Below, piece after piece: positions 11,502 to 24,000 of a stretch of 64,000 bases of DNA. Origin of the DNA: Marsupella aquatica (taxonomy: Eukaryota; Plantae; Marchantiophyta); assembly GCA_973895155.1 (NCBI GenBank), contig OZ316892.1, positions 28,482,307 through 28,546,306 of the forward strand. Reading direction: 5' to 3'. The translations under genes and the position numbers were made by a program. Positions within the stretch are counted from its first letter, which is position 1, and every line of letters begins with the position of its first letter. The notes beneath the pieces were generated by a model, which worked only from the letters and a program-made list of their open reading frames with translations, did not search any database and had not been told where the DNA came from.

Positions 11502-13296
11502 GGTTATGGGCCAGTTGAAGTCTACACACTCTTTCACGACTGATCCGTGCATTCTAGTCTGAGTGATTTCCTGTCACTAAGCAGTAGTTCTTGCTGGTTT
11601 CTGCTAGTTTTTTTCTGCATCTGGATCTTGTTTTGCGTCACTATTTTCATACACCATGCCTTCCAATTTCACAGGAGGCTACAACATTCATTTGGTCCCA
11701 CACCTTCTAGGTAGTTCTAACTACAAATCTTGGGAACGTAACATCAGTGCAACTATTCGTGCATCCGGTGTCTGGAAATACATCGATGGCACTGCCATTG
11801 CTCCTATCCAACGCCCTGCCAAACTTGATTATGTTTTCCAAGAACGATTTCATACTCATGATCTTAAGGAAGCGCAGGCCAGGAACATAATTCTTTCCAC
11901 TTGTTCCGAAAGCATTCAGTTCTCCCTCGATCATGCTACAACTGCTCAGGAATGTTGGACTAACCTGGCTGATGCCTTTGCTTCTGAAGGAATTATCCAG
12001 AAATTTGACGTTTGGGCACATTATGCTAGAATGCTTTATAATGGAGAACCGATAGAAGAATACTGCAATACGTATCGATCAACATTGGAGCGTGTTCAGA
12101 GTGTTGGTATCAAGCTTGATGATGACATCAAACCTTTACATTTTATAAGCAGTGTAGAACGTCACTTTTCAAACTGGTCTTTCTCTAAGCGGGAGCAGAT
12201 GCGCACTTCACCGAAGACACTTCCATCTCTTGCTGCTCTTATTCGTGACCTTACGGACGAATGTTGGCGATTGAATTTGGAACAGGACAATGCATTATCC
12301 TCTTCTGTTTTCCAACTCCAGACTACTTCTTCGTTTCCTAATCCTCCAGTTGTTTCTCTGTCACCTACCGTATCCTCATCTTCCAAGAAACCTTTGAAAC
12401 GTGATACCTGTATTTTTTGTAGCATCCCTGGTCATAGAGATGATCGTTGTTTTTACAAACACACACATATCAGGCCTGAAGGCTGGCAGCCTCATCCAAG
12501 CATTTTAAAACGATTGCAGACCCGTGTCCCTGCTAATCGTTCTATACTCAGTGTTGTCTCTTCCTCCGTTCTTTCTGTCTCTACTACTACTCCGACACAT
12601 CTTCATGATGAAGAGACTGTCGATCTTTTCTCTGGCAACCTCCATGTTGCGTTGAATCATCAGTTAACCCCTGGTCTCCGTCCTGACGTTTGGATTGCTG
12701 ATTCGGGCGCTAGTCATCATTTTTGTAACAATCGCACCAGTTTTACTACGTACACTCCTGATCCCCTTCCGATCAATACCGGTTCAGGATCTACTATTTC
12801 CCCTGGTCGAGGCTCAGTCGTCCTTCAAATATAGCAATCTGATGGTTCTTCCAAGGAAACGGAACTTAGTAATGTTCGATACATGTCATCCAGTTTTCTT
12901 AACACCATTTCTGAAGATCTACTTGAGCAATGCTATATTTTTTGGAACGATGAACTTCAGAAGTTCATTCACTCTCCTACCGGTGACGAATTTTCTACCA
13001 TCAAGAAACACAATGGCCTGAAGACTTTCACGATTTTACCAGCTACTCAGTTGGCAATATCTTCTCATTCACAGTCTAATGATATCAATATTTGGCATCG
13101 AAGATTGGCACACCTTCATCCGTCTGCCATTCATACTCTTCTTCAACGTCTTGATATTACACTTTCTGACTCTACTCCATTTCGACACTGTGAAGTGTGT
13201 GCCTTGGCCAAGTCTACTCGGATTATTTCACGATTTCCACATGCTCGTGCTACAGCCCCATTTCAAAAGGTTCATTTCGATCTTTGCAGCAAAATT

Positions 13297-15248
13297 TATA
13301 CTCCTGAGTGGTGGACCTCCCACCACGTGCCCGTCCAAACTCGCTTCTTAGCCTTGAAACAAGTCGAACCTTGCACTAACACGGAATGTTGGGGCAAGTT
13401 CTCTCCGACTATATTCCTTGTCGTTAGCGACCCCTCCCATACGAAGTCGCACTTGCCCTCGTCAGCGTAATCGTCGCTCAACGGTCTTTACTATCTACAC
13501 AAGCAACCAACCAATTGGTAAGAATCCGTCTTGATCTCGGAACTCCCAAGACCATTGTCTTGCATCAAGCTCAACAGTCGTTAGTAAGTAGGTCAGCGGA
13601 TAGAGCCTCCCAGGCCCGCATGGCCTTGCCACAAGCTGAAACTAAGGTCGGCATCACTGTTCGTCCGGAACAGTCTATCTATCGGATGTCGCCCAAGCTT
13701 CCCCACTTTCTACCCATCAATGGCTGACCGCCCTGCCTCCAGGACATGCTCATGGCCCAAACTCAGTTTGTCACAAACTAGTAGTAACACGCCAGGACCA
13801 TTCAGTTTCTAGATCTTAGCCACCTCTCTGCGAAACCGGGTTCCGCTCAACCTCTCACCATGCATCAGGACCAGATTTCAACGGCAGCCCCCAGAGTCTA
13901 CTTGGTTCTACCTCTCCAACACCAGGTCCCCGTGGGAACCAAATGCGGTTTGGTCACTGTTCAACTTCGGATCGGCAAGAGGGACTCCCCCCATTGCAAG
14001 CCTCAAAACAAAAACCATCCAATGCACAATCAGAGAGCACCATGAGGTAGCTTTATTCATTATCTTTCCAACGAGCCCAAGGACTCCCCCAACGGAGATC
14101 CGGTCGTCGAGTTATGTTTGTTTCCGCTTCAAAACTCGAAACGACGTATCTTCGTCGATCGCGATCAGCTCGAGCTCAAACTTGAGAGGACCATTCCCCT
14201 CATATATGCTTCTGGGGACCTGCCACCCCCGGACCAGCTTTGGTCCCCTTTCTTTGGCCCCCTATCCGAGGGTCCGTGGGCTCCGCCACTTAGCTCGAAA
14301 CGAAAATAATCGAAAACCTTCGGTAACTTGGCCTCGAGCACAAATTGTGGCATAAGGGGCTAAAAGTTGCGGCCCTAAACCCGCTCTGGTCCAGGAAACC
14401 CCCCTAGTCCAGGCAACCCCCTCTTGGTCCATCGATGCGCGACGATTCTAATCGAGTCTAAATCGACCATAACTTTTGGCCCCTAGGTCCGTTGGCCAAA
14501 AAATACGCGGCCCCATGATCGGGCTCATGTGGGGCTTCTTGGGCCCCTATGGTGATCCGTTGGAAAAATAGTTCATTTTTCCGTGATCGACAACGGGCCC
14601 AAACTACAAGTATGCGGCTTGAGTCGGCCATAACTTTTGGCCCCTGGGTCCGTTGGCCGAGAAATATGCGGCCCCATGATCGGGCTCATGTGGGGCTTCT
14701 CGGGCCCCTATGGTGATCCTTTGGAAAAATAGTTCATTTTTCCATGATTGGCAACGGGCCCAAACTACAAGTATGCGGTTTGAGTCGGCCATAACTTTTG
14801 GCCCCTGGGTCCGTTGGCCGAGAAATATGCGGCCCCATAATCGGGCTCATGTGGGGCTTCTCAGGCTCCTATGGTGATCCGTTGGAAAAATAGTTCATTT
14901 TTCCATGATCGACAACGGGCCCAAACTACAAGTATGCGGCTTGAATCAGCCATAACTTTTGGCCCCTAGGTCCGTTGGCCGAGAAATATGTGACCCCATG
15001 ATCGGGCTCGTGTGGGGCTTCTTGGGCCCCTATGGTGATCCGTCAGAAAAATAGTTCATTTTTCCTTGATTGGCAACGGGCCCAATAAAGTTAATTGGAG
15101 CGCACTTTTCTCAAGTCTTGTCCTTGCTCTTACTAGCCTCCTCTTTTTTAGTCGCATCCCTAATGGCCATGATGGTAGAAAATCTAAGAGGGGCTCAACG
15201 CTGGAGTTAGGCAACGCCGGAGCAATTACGAGTAGGTGAAAGTTGTAT
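13297..15248. mobile_element. Unclassified ~1.95-kb non-coding insertion nested in the copia integrase
   Basis: Removing it rejoins the integrase in frame (...FDLCSKI|SRLPGIGDKHYFLVIIDD...). Ends read (T)ATAC...GTAT(T). Hairpin GTGGTGG-ACCTC-CCACCAC near the left end. No long TIR and no ORF I recognise. Confidence 0.8.
14462..15085 (+). repeat. 161-bp tandem repeat, ~3.9 copies
   Basis: CATAACTTTTGGCCCCT starts at 14468, 14629, 14790 and 14951 (period 161). Confidence 0.95.
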
Positions 15249-17921
15249 TCGCGACTTCCTGGCATTGGTGATAAGCATTATTTTCTTGTCATTATTGATG
15301 ATTTCTCTCATAACCGGTGGACCACAACCTTGACTTACAAGAATGAGGCATTGGCGCTGATTCAAAAGTTTTTTCAAATGGTAACTACTCAATACAAATC
15401 TTCTATTCTTGAAGTCCATCTTGATAATGGTCTTGAATTTGGCGGCAATCAGCTAAAGGATTTTTTGGAAAACCAAGGCGTACACATTTTCAACTCTGCT
15501 CCCTATCATCACGAACAGAACGGGATTGCTGAACGCGCCATTGGAGTTATTTCTGCTAAGGCCCAAGCCATGATGATTGACTCTCATCTTCCCAAATTGC
15601 TTTGGCCAGAAGCGGTTCTGACGGCAACATACCTTGCTAATCACTCACCTACTTCTGTTAATCCTCTATTTGAGCCTCCTGCTTCTCGCCTTTCTACCGT
15701 TTTACACCTTCCTTACGTTTTCTATTTTGACCGGCTTCATGTTTTTGGTGCCCTTGCATATGTTCACATTCCTCCTAAGACTCGTCTCCGTGGTGAAAAA
15801 TTTATTGCTCGGGCCAAAAAAGGTTACTTCGTTGGTTATGCCACGGGTCAAAATTTTCGTATCTGGTTTCCACATAATTCCTCCATTATTCAATCCGCTT
15901 ATGTGCATTTTGATGAAACATCTGAGCGTGATTCGTCTTTTAAAATTCCTAAGTCTACAGTTTCTTCTTCCCCTGATTACGTGGAGATTTTTGTCCCTTC
16001 TTTTGTTCCCCGACTTATTCGTCCGTCTGATAATCCTGACATTGGAACACCTCACCAATCACTTCTTCCCATTATTCCTCCTCCTCTTGGTACTCTGCCA
16101 CTTGAGGAACTACATGCAGATTTGTAGGCCACTCCCGTGATCACCCGTGTTTCTTCTCGATCCAATAAAGGTGTTCCTCCTGTTCGTTTTTGAGATACGT
16201 CTGTTATCTCTCAGCCTTCTCAGTTACTTCTACATCAACACCTTCTTATAAACACTCTGCCAACTCTCCTTTACTCTTATCACAGTGCACTATTTTCCAC
16301 TTTTCCCTCGGATGTTCCCAGCACTCACACTCAAGCTATGGCAAGGCCCGATGCTGCTCACTGGAGAGAAGCTGAATTACGAGAAATCACTCAGCTCCAC
16401 AAACTCAAAGTGGCTCATCTAGTACCACTACCTGCTGGTGCTTGTCTGTTACCATCCCGATGGGTCTACAATCTTAAGCGTGACGGACTTTACAAAGCAC
16501 GTTTCGTTGTTCGAGGGGATAAGCAACGTCCTGGAATTGATTACGATTCTACTTTTGCATCTGTTGTCCGGCCTGAGACTTTCCGCACTATTCTGGCACT
16601 AGTCACCATGCATAATTATGAGGCTTATAGCTTTGACGTAGTCACGGCTTTTATCTATGCCTTACTGAAGTCACCCGAGAAGTCACCGACACCAATATAC
16701 GTAAGGCCTCCACCTGGATACGAGACATATGATGCTAATGGTGCCATGCTTGTATGGCTACTTATTCAAGCTCTTTACGGTCTTCGACAATCTGCTCGGA
16801 TGTGGTATCATGAGATTGTGGAATATGCTGCCACTTTTGGTTTCATACCACTTCCTTCTGATCCCTGTGTCCTACAAAATTCTGTTGGGGAGCTAATCGT
16901 CCTTTGGGTTGATGATTTAATTTTTTTAACCTTATCTGGAATCCATAACATTCGTGACAAGCTCACCGCTCGTTATGAACTCAGAGACCTTGGTGAGTTA
17001 TCTGATTATCTGGGCATGACCATTACCCGAGATCGTTCCCATGGCACTCTACATTTGGGTCAAGCGCCTTACACTCTTAAGATCCTGCAACGATTTCATC
17101 TTGATTCTAGTTTACCTCTTACTTCTCCAAGCACGGGTACTGATGATCTTGTTCCATCCACATCTCAAGCGACTGATAATGATAGGCAACGCTATCAATC
17201 TATGATTGGCTCCTTGCTTGATCTTGCAGTATGGACTCGTCCCGACATTGCTGAACGGTGTTCCAAGCTTGGGCAATTTGCTCATAACCCGGATTTGACT
17301 CATGAAAGTGCACTTCGATCAGTTTTTCGATATCTCAATACCACTCGACAACTTGGCCTCACTTTTGGTATCCACAATTTTTCTGGTTTAGAGATCCATT
17401 CTTTGGGATTTTCTGGATTTTCCGACGCTTCTTTTGCAGACAATATCTCAGATCGAAAATCCACTAGCGGCTATCTTTTCAAACTTGGCGGTGGCTCTAT
17501 TTCTTGGAAATCTCGAAAGCAACCGATAACTGCAACGAGTTCTACTGAATCTGAATACTTAGCTTATTCTCTGGCTTGTAAAGAAGCGGTGTGGCTGCGC
17601 CAGTTACTTTTCGACTTACGTTATACTCTGGCTGATGCCCAGCGTGTTATTCTCTATGGTGACAACCAACCGGCTATTTCTTTCACATACAATCCCGAGC
17701 ATCATTTCCGCACTAAGCACATTGGAGTTCAGTGGCATTACATTCGTGAGCAAGTCAAAGATGGTGTGATTGAGATGAAATACCTATCTACTGCTCTTAT
17801 GCCCGCAGATGGTTTCACAAAGCCCCTCCAAGGGCTTAAATTCGCTAGATTCGTAGAGATGCTAGCTTTACAGTCTTTGCCTTTGTAGCAGACATTCGTT
17901 TTTCAGAAGATCTGAGGGGTC

Positions 17922-18173
17922 TGTCGTTTACCTCTTTTGTCGATCTCCTGTTATCTTGACACCTGTTTTAGCTTAGACTCTACGCTACCCCAGGCGCGCC
18001 CCCCACTGGTTTTTCACCTGGAGTTTTTTATTTTTCCCCTTCCGCCTTTTCCGGGGAAAATTCTTGATGTCCATTTTGACATCTATTTGTTCTCTCTCCT
18101 GAATGAAAGCAGTACGCATTATTTTCATTCCATCTTTTGTGCAAGAGTTTTCCTGTCACGATTTTCAATCACA
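17922..18173 (+). repeat. 3' LTR
   Basis: Near-identical to 11250-11501; followed by TSD CTATC. Confidence 0.96.
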
Positions 18174-18273
18174 CTATCAAACCTCCTTCAGTAACGAATA
18201 TGAGTGTTTCGTTGATAAAATTTTCTAACTTAAAGGTTTGTACGTGTTAGCGTTGTGCTACTCTTCCTTTTAA

Positions 18274-18527
18274 ACCACACTTGCCTATAGGGGCTACGGG
18301 TAACCCTTAGCTCTCATTGTAAAAAGCATAGGTTCACTAATGGACTTTGAGGTACACAAAAGGTCTCATTGTAAAAAGCATAGGTTCACTAATGGACTTT
18401 GAGTTCCACAAAAGGTGCCCATTGCAAAATATTTTTTTGGCAAGTATTTCACAAAAGGTATTAGTATTCCACCTTTTATACTGAGTAGTGAGACATGGAA
18501 TGAGGCTGTTATAGTGGCAGGTGTGGT
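18274..18527. mobile_element. MITE, ~254 bp, flanked by TTAA (or TA)
   Basis: TIR ACCACACTTGCC / GGCAGGTGTGGT (1 mismatch). The paralogous flank behind NLR2 (~27012-27045) shows the empty site ctactcttcctgTTAAgaaatgttcata. Internal 52-bp tandem duplication. Confidence 0.8.
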
Positions 18528-21056
18528 TTAAAAAATGTTCATATCTGATCCCCTGATCTAATCGGGACATTTTGACATTTCTAGATAATCATTCTCTGCG
18601 TTTTAGGGTCTGAAAGGGTACAGGCCTGAGTGGAGCATATCATTAACTGACGTATAGTTTGTTACTTTTGTCAGGTCTGGTCGGACAGGTCACAGGTGAG
18701 AGGGGATTCATTTTCGCCCATGACCAAAGTACGAAAGCTGGAACTAAACAAAGCGAAGTCTCGACAAACGCAGTCCGTCAGGTGATCATCAGACTTAGAG
18801 AGAGGGATTGGAGGGATGAGATGGAGCAGTGAGCCATGGACAAGGAGAGGGGTTCTGATGAAACTTCACATTTGATGGTGATGACTCGGTGATGCCTCCC
18901 AGGCAGCATAATGATATCCATGCCTTGTAAAAGTTTCCAACAGAATCAATATATATCTATAGTCTGACTGACATCCTCTCGCCCTGCCCCCTTGACACCC
19001 CGCTTGACACCCTTAGCTAGCGATATTAAAAGCCTATTATTCCAGGTTTGTTGCACTTGACCTCAACCCCTCAGAAGTTTTGCCTTTTTGTTGAACGCTT
19101 ACTTAGCGATCCCAAATGACTCACTGTCAAGGTGGTAAACCCGTAAAATTTTCTAAACACTGTTGTATTGACAGACAATTTGCAATTGTAAGGGGCTATG
19201 AGTAAAACTTTGGGGATCGAGGGAAGCAAGGGGGAGAGAATCAAGAGGGGTTAGCTAGGGGAGGAAACAGATTAGGATATAGCTAGATTGAGGGAACAGG
19301 GCAAGAATTGGATAAGTGTTCCATTTGTTCTTGAAAGGGGCCTGACCAATGTAACCCAATCCGTATGCTATTGGTCCTCTGGTCATCTTCAGAATCTCTA
19401 GTTCCATTTAACACCCTCAACTTTGAAGTTGCTGTTATGAGAACAACGGATACTTGCTAAACCAATGTTAGAGGGGATGACTCCAGTAAAATGTTCAATT
19501 TCTAACACTATATTATTTTGCCCAAAGTCACTACAACCTGTAGCCTTGGCTTGAAGTCAACTTCTTTGTTTGGATCCATGGAGCTATTTTTATTTTACTT
19601 GTAAAAAATATAGAGGATCAAGCAAAAAAAATTCATTCCATGACGGAGAGGGGAACAATTGATCAACTGAAGGGTCTGCATTGATTGAGAGGTGGTTCGA
19701 GTTGGGGAGGTTCAATCTCCATTCAAATACTTCCATTTTTTAAATAAGACTTCAGTATGTTGTTAACCTTATCTATAGTGGGTAAGGATAAGAAACCAGA
19801 GAGTGAAGAATTAAAGTTTGGGGGTGCTAAAACAAACTTGGGGGTAAAGCCCAGATTGCTATGGGGGCAGGGCATCAAGATCGGGGGTGTATCAAAATTA
19901 TGTAAGATCAAAATCCTCTAGCAAGGAAATCACAAATGGGAGGGAACAACTGTAAACAAGGGGGGGAAGGCTTGGGAAATTGATTCATGGGAGGAAAGAA
20001 GGTATTGGGGGAGAAGGCAAGGAAACGGTGGTCACTTTGGATGCCAAAATAAAAGGATCAGAACAAGTAAACTAGGGACATGACGTTGGCATAATCTTGT
20101 TTTTCTATGCCCCCTCAACCCCCTGTTGTTTTGTCCCCTCCACCCTTCATTTTTGTATCGCCTTCACAATTGACATTACAAATCGATTCTTTCAAAAGAG
20201 GACCCAACTAATTCATTCAGTCAACGAACAGAATCCCCTCAGGAAACATGAAGCAAAAAGTTGAGAACTCTATCTTGAGCGAGACCTCAAATCACATAAG
20301 ATCGTCTTGAGCCTCATCCTCTACATCCTCGCAGGGGTTCACGACGAGCTCGGGCCAAGGTCCAGTTTGTACAAAGCTGACGCCCATTCAACAATTTAGT
20401 GACCTCTGTTACAGGCAACGAGGATCTCGAGGAATGGCCGAGGCAACCACGAAGCTGCAGCCGTCAGGAAAGTCTTCATGTTCATGTTGAAAGAAACTTT
20501 ATCATTTTCAATCTCTCTGCCGTCGCCACCCTACTCCATGCGGTACTAGACGTCCCCACTTCACAAACTATTATCGGTGCATTGAACATTTCGGTGCTTC
20601 AGTAGGGGCGAGTGAATGATTGCCAAAATTTGCAGATCTGTGCATTCTCGCCTAGCAAGCTCGTCAGAGATCACAATTCGACTGTTGTTTGGTTTACTGA
20701 TCATCCTCCATCCGTCAGCTTGAAACTCGTCAGTTCCCCACAATCTGACCTCTTCTGCCAGTGAGATTCCTCGGAAGACCTTTGCGGCTGCATCGCTCAG
20801 CTATGAATTCATGATGGAGTACATATTTTCAAAGCACTACCGTAGATTGATTTCACAAAGATAGAATGGCCAACGGTGCACGACGAGCAATTTCCACAAA
20901 ATTTGAAGGCCATCGTTTCCTCCGAGCGGCAACCATGTGGAGGATGAAACTGAGCAGTTGAGTGATACTAGGGCCATTTGCAAGGTTTAGATTTGGAGCA
21001 CTAGGTTGTGACGGCAAGCCACAGACAAGAGCTTCCGCCTCCTCCTCCAGCTAGCG

Positions 21057-24000
21057 ATGGATCTACTCCATTGGGTTGTTCTAACCGTTGCCATCATAGC
21101 TTCGACCCTAGTGGTCAGAGAAAAGGCACGCGATGTCCCAGTTGTTGTCTGGTGCTTCATGGTCGGCAGTGCATTGACCGGGTTCGTAGTACGATGTCGC
21201 CGAAACAATTCTCGGCCCTCAGGACTCAAACTGGATGTTCTTGAGGTAATTTCTCTAGACTGCATAATCCCAATGCAATAATGGCCTTTTTTAACACTTT
21301 GCCAGGAGGGTTCTCTCTATATGCATAGCCTCTCTATTTGCTTGTCAGTTTCTTCCGGAATCTTCCAGCCACCTCTCCCACCGAAATTCAGCTAGGTGCA
21401 ACAGAGTTGGATACATCGATTGCCTTACTGTGTTTGTGATTGGTTGTCTTATAAGGTGAATGACTCCCTAATCGAGTTGCACAGGCCGTCGGGAATTCCT
21501 AGCGTTCAAGTGTTGTTTTTCCATGGGCTCCCATTTGAGAAGTCGTCAAGGGTGCACTTATCGACGTGGGAGTGCGGGGATGGATCCTACAATCTTTGGC
21601 CCCAAACCTGGTTGGTGGAAGAGTTTCCGGGCGCTCATGTGTTTGTCGTTCGGTACAGCCAGGGCCTGAGCAAAGATTCTCGGAGGACGTTTGACATGAA
21701 AATAATTGGGGAAAACCTGCTCTCAGATCTGATGCAAGGAAAGATTGGTCAGGTGCAAGGTTGCCCAGTTGTGCTCGTAGGCCACTCTGTGGGGGGCCTG
21801 GTAATCAAACAGTTATGCTCGGAAGCACATGAGACACTTAGTCTGAGTAGGGAGTCTAGGAATACCAGGGTTCAACTTGAGAACTTTATAAATAGACTAA
21901 GAGGAATTTTTTACTACGCAACACCTCACCATGGTATCCCTCACATAGTGAAAGCAGCAGACCTCCTGGATAGCCCTTTGTTCAAGTACTTTCACACCCT
22001 AAGTACTCAGGCAGAGCGGCTAAATTTCAATTTCAGTCGTTTGTGTATTCAAAATTCGAGATGGCAAATCAAAGGACTCGCAGAAAATCTTCCAGTAAAC
22101 TCGGTACAAATGCAATTGCCGCCTTACCTGATTGTTGCCGGTCTAACTTTCCTTCTGTTTAGCAAATTGAATTAGTCTATCGCATGAAGTCTGACAATCA
22201 TTTGATCAGTGAAACGATGAGGTTTCTCGTAGTTCATACACTCAAACTACAATACTAAGCGTGTTCAGTAAAGGAGTTGTTTTGTGGAATTATCCTTGTT
22301 CACAGTATGGGGAATCGTCTCAACCCTTCCCAATGACGCAGTGGATTGTCCTTGTTTTGTTGGCAGGGTGTGTTTCGAGATATTGTTGTAGTCCCAGAAG
22401 CATCTGCCAGGGAAGGAGAGTTGAATGTGGAGACAGCAGACCACTTCTCCATATCGAAACCGCCATCTAAAACCTCAAGAAGGTTCAATGCCGTGACAGG
22501 ACTCCTTCACAACGTATTGGACAACACGAAGGTAGATTGTCTCCAACCAAGAGGCTCAACGAGTTTGCCTTGTTCAGATTATGAACTGAACTACCACTTC
22601 AAGTATCTTATGCATAGACTGTCAGCTTTTATCCAAACTTCCAGAGTCATGCTCAGGTCTAAGAGTTGCTCATGACATTGTTGTTGAAATTTCAGGAAGA
22701 TGCTTGCCCCAGAAATTTGCAGTTGGTCCCCGAGATAATTCAGGGTATTCATTCTCCATTACAAGACGTGAAAGAGAGGCTGAAGACTGTTACAAATTTG
22801 TGCTTGACTGGAATGGGAGGATTAGGAAAGAGTACCCTTGCCAAGGTAGTCTTCAACGAGTTGGCCCCAAAATTTGAGTACACTTGTTTCGTATCTGATG
22901 TCAAGCTCATCAAAGGGAATGAGGAAGCTTTGAAGGAAGAAGTTTGGAAACGTATGTACCACAATGGTAAGAAAGTTGAAAGAGAAAGCGATTGGTCTAG
23001 CTTACGGGGGACAGAATTACTACTGGTGTTAGATGACATATCGACAGAGCGAGATACAAATGTTTTGTCAGAGGTAGCTAATGGTCCCTCTTCGGAATCT
23101 CGCTTCATTGCAACTTATCGTGAGCATCGTCTTCTTCACAATACGTATGCAGTGCCTCTCCTCAATGCAGATTATGCACAACAGCTTTTTGTGAGCCGTG
23201 CATTTCCAGACCAAGCTACTCCTCCTGGCAACTTGGCTAGTCTTGTTGGGGAAATTGTGGGAAAATGTGACGGGTTGCCTCTAACATTGGAAGTTGTTGG
23301 GCAATATTTGAGAGGGAGACAAGAAGAAGAGGATTGGGAGCAAGCTCTAGATGCGCTTGAGCAAGCAGATGCTGTTAGTGGCTTGAACGACAGGTTGTGG
23401 GAAAAGTTGAAAGTCAGCTACAATGGGCTTGAAGAGAATGAGAAGCAAATGTTTTTAGATGCTACAACGTTCTTTCATAGTAAACCCTGCACTCTGCGTG
23501 AAGCGAAAATGTCATGGCGGGAAGCTTATTATGTGAGAGAAAATCTACTTTGGCGAAGCTTGGTAGAGAGGTCCCTTGTCTACGACGTGGCAGAAGGTGA
23601 TTTAATTAAGGTGCATGAACAGCTCCTAAGTTTGGGACAAAAACTAGCATCAGAGTCCAATGACAAGCGCAGGGTGTGGGAGACGCACAAAGGTTTGGAG
23701 CTGCTACAATGCCCGACTGAATCACAAAAACAGGTAACGTCTAAGTTGCTGATATCAACATTCCTTGGTCATGCACTAATACGTGTACTTGTTCTTATGA
23801 ATACTCTAGCTTTGAAATTTTGTTAGAGTAACACTCAGTTTAGAGCTTTACAAGTAATTTAGAAAGTGGGTGGATTTTTAATTTTAATTTTTTTCTGGAG
23901 TGTCTGTATCTGGAACCTGAAAGAAATGAATTGGTCAGAACTTTCATGCTCTTGATGGAAGGGTCAAACTTAAATTCCTTGCAGTTGGGGCGACAGTGGT

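Larger units (their letters stand above)
11656..17888 (+). pseudogene. Copia gag-pol polyprotein, one reading frame broken by 3 nonsense codons and an insertion
   Basis: Gag zinc knuckle CIFCSIPGHRDDRC; protease WIADSGASHH; GAG-pre-integrase WHRRLAH...CEVC; integrase VHFDLC / IIDD / LDNGLEF / EQNGIAER; RT YKARFVVRG, ALYGLRQS, WVDD; RNaseH FSDASFA, GDNQ, RTKHI. In-frame stops at 12832 (TAG), 16125 (TAG) and 16191 (TGA). Confidence 0.93.
11250..18173 (+). mobile_element. Full-length Ty1/copia LTR retrotransposon (inactivated, with nested insertion)
   Basis: LTRs 11250-11501 and 17922-18173 (252 bp, TG...CA, 2 substitutions seen). 5-bp TSD CTATC at 11245-11249 and 18174-18178. PBS GGTTATGGGCCAG; PPT-like TGAGGGG before the 3' LTR. 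Domain order Gag-PR-INT-RT-RH. Confidence 0.96.

Noticed and set aside
12832-12840. Programmed stop readthrough (TAG CAA TCT resembles UAG-CAR-YYA)
   Set aside because: The motif is imperfect, it falls inside the protease region rather than at the gag/pol junction, and two more nonsense codons follow; simple mutation is more likely.
14462-15085. CRISPR-like array
   Set aside because: Whole 161-bp units repeat without unique spacers, and the context is a eukaryotic TE.
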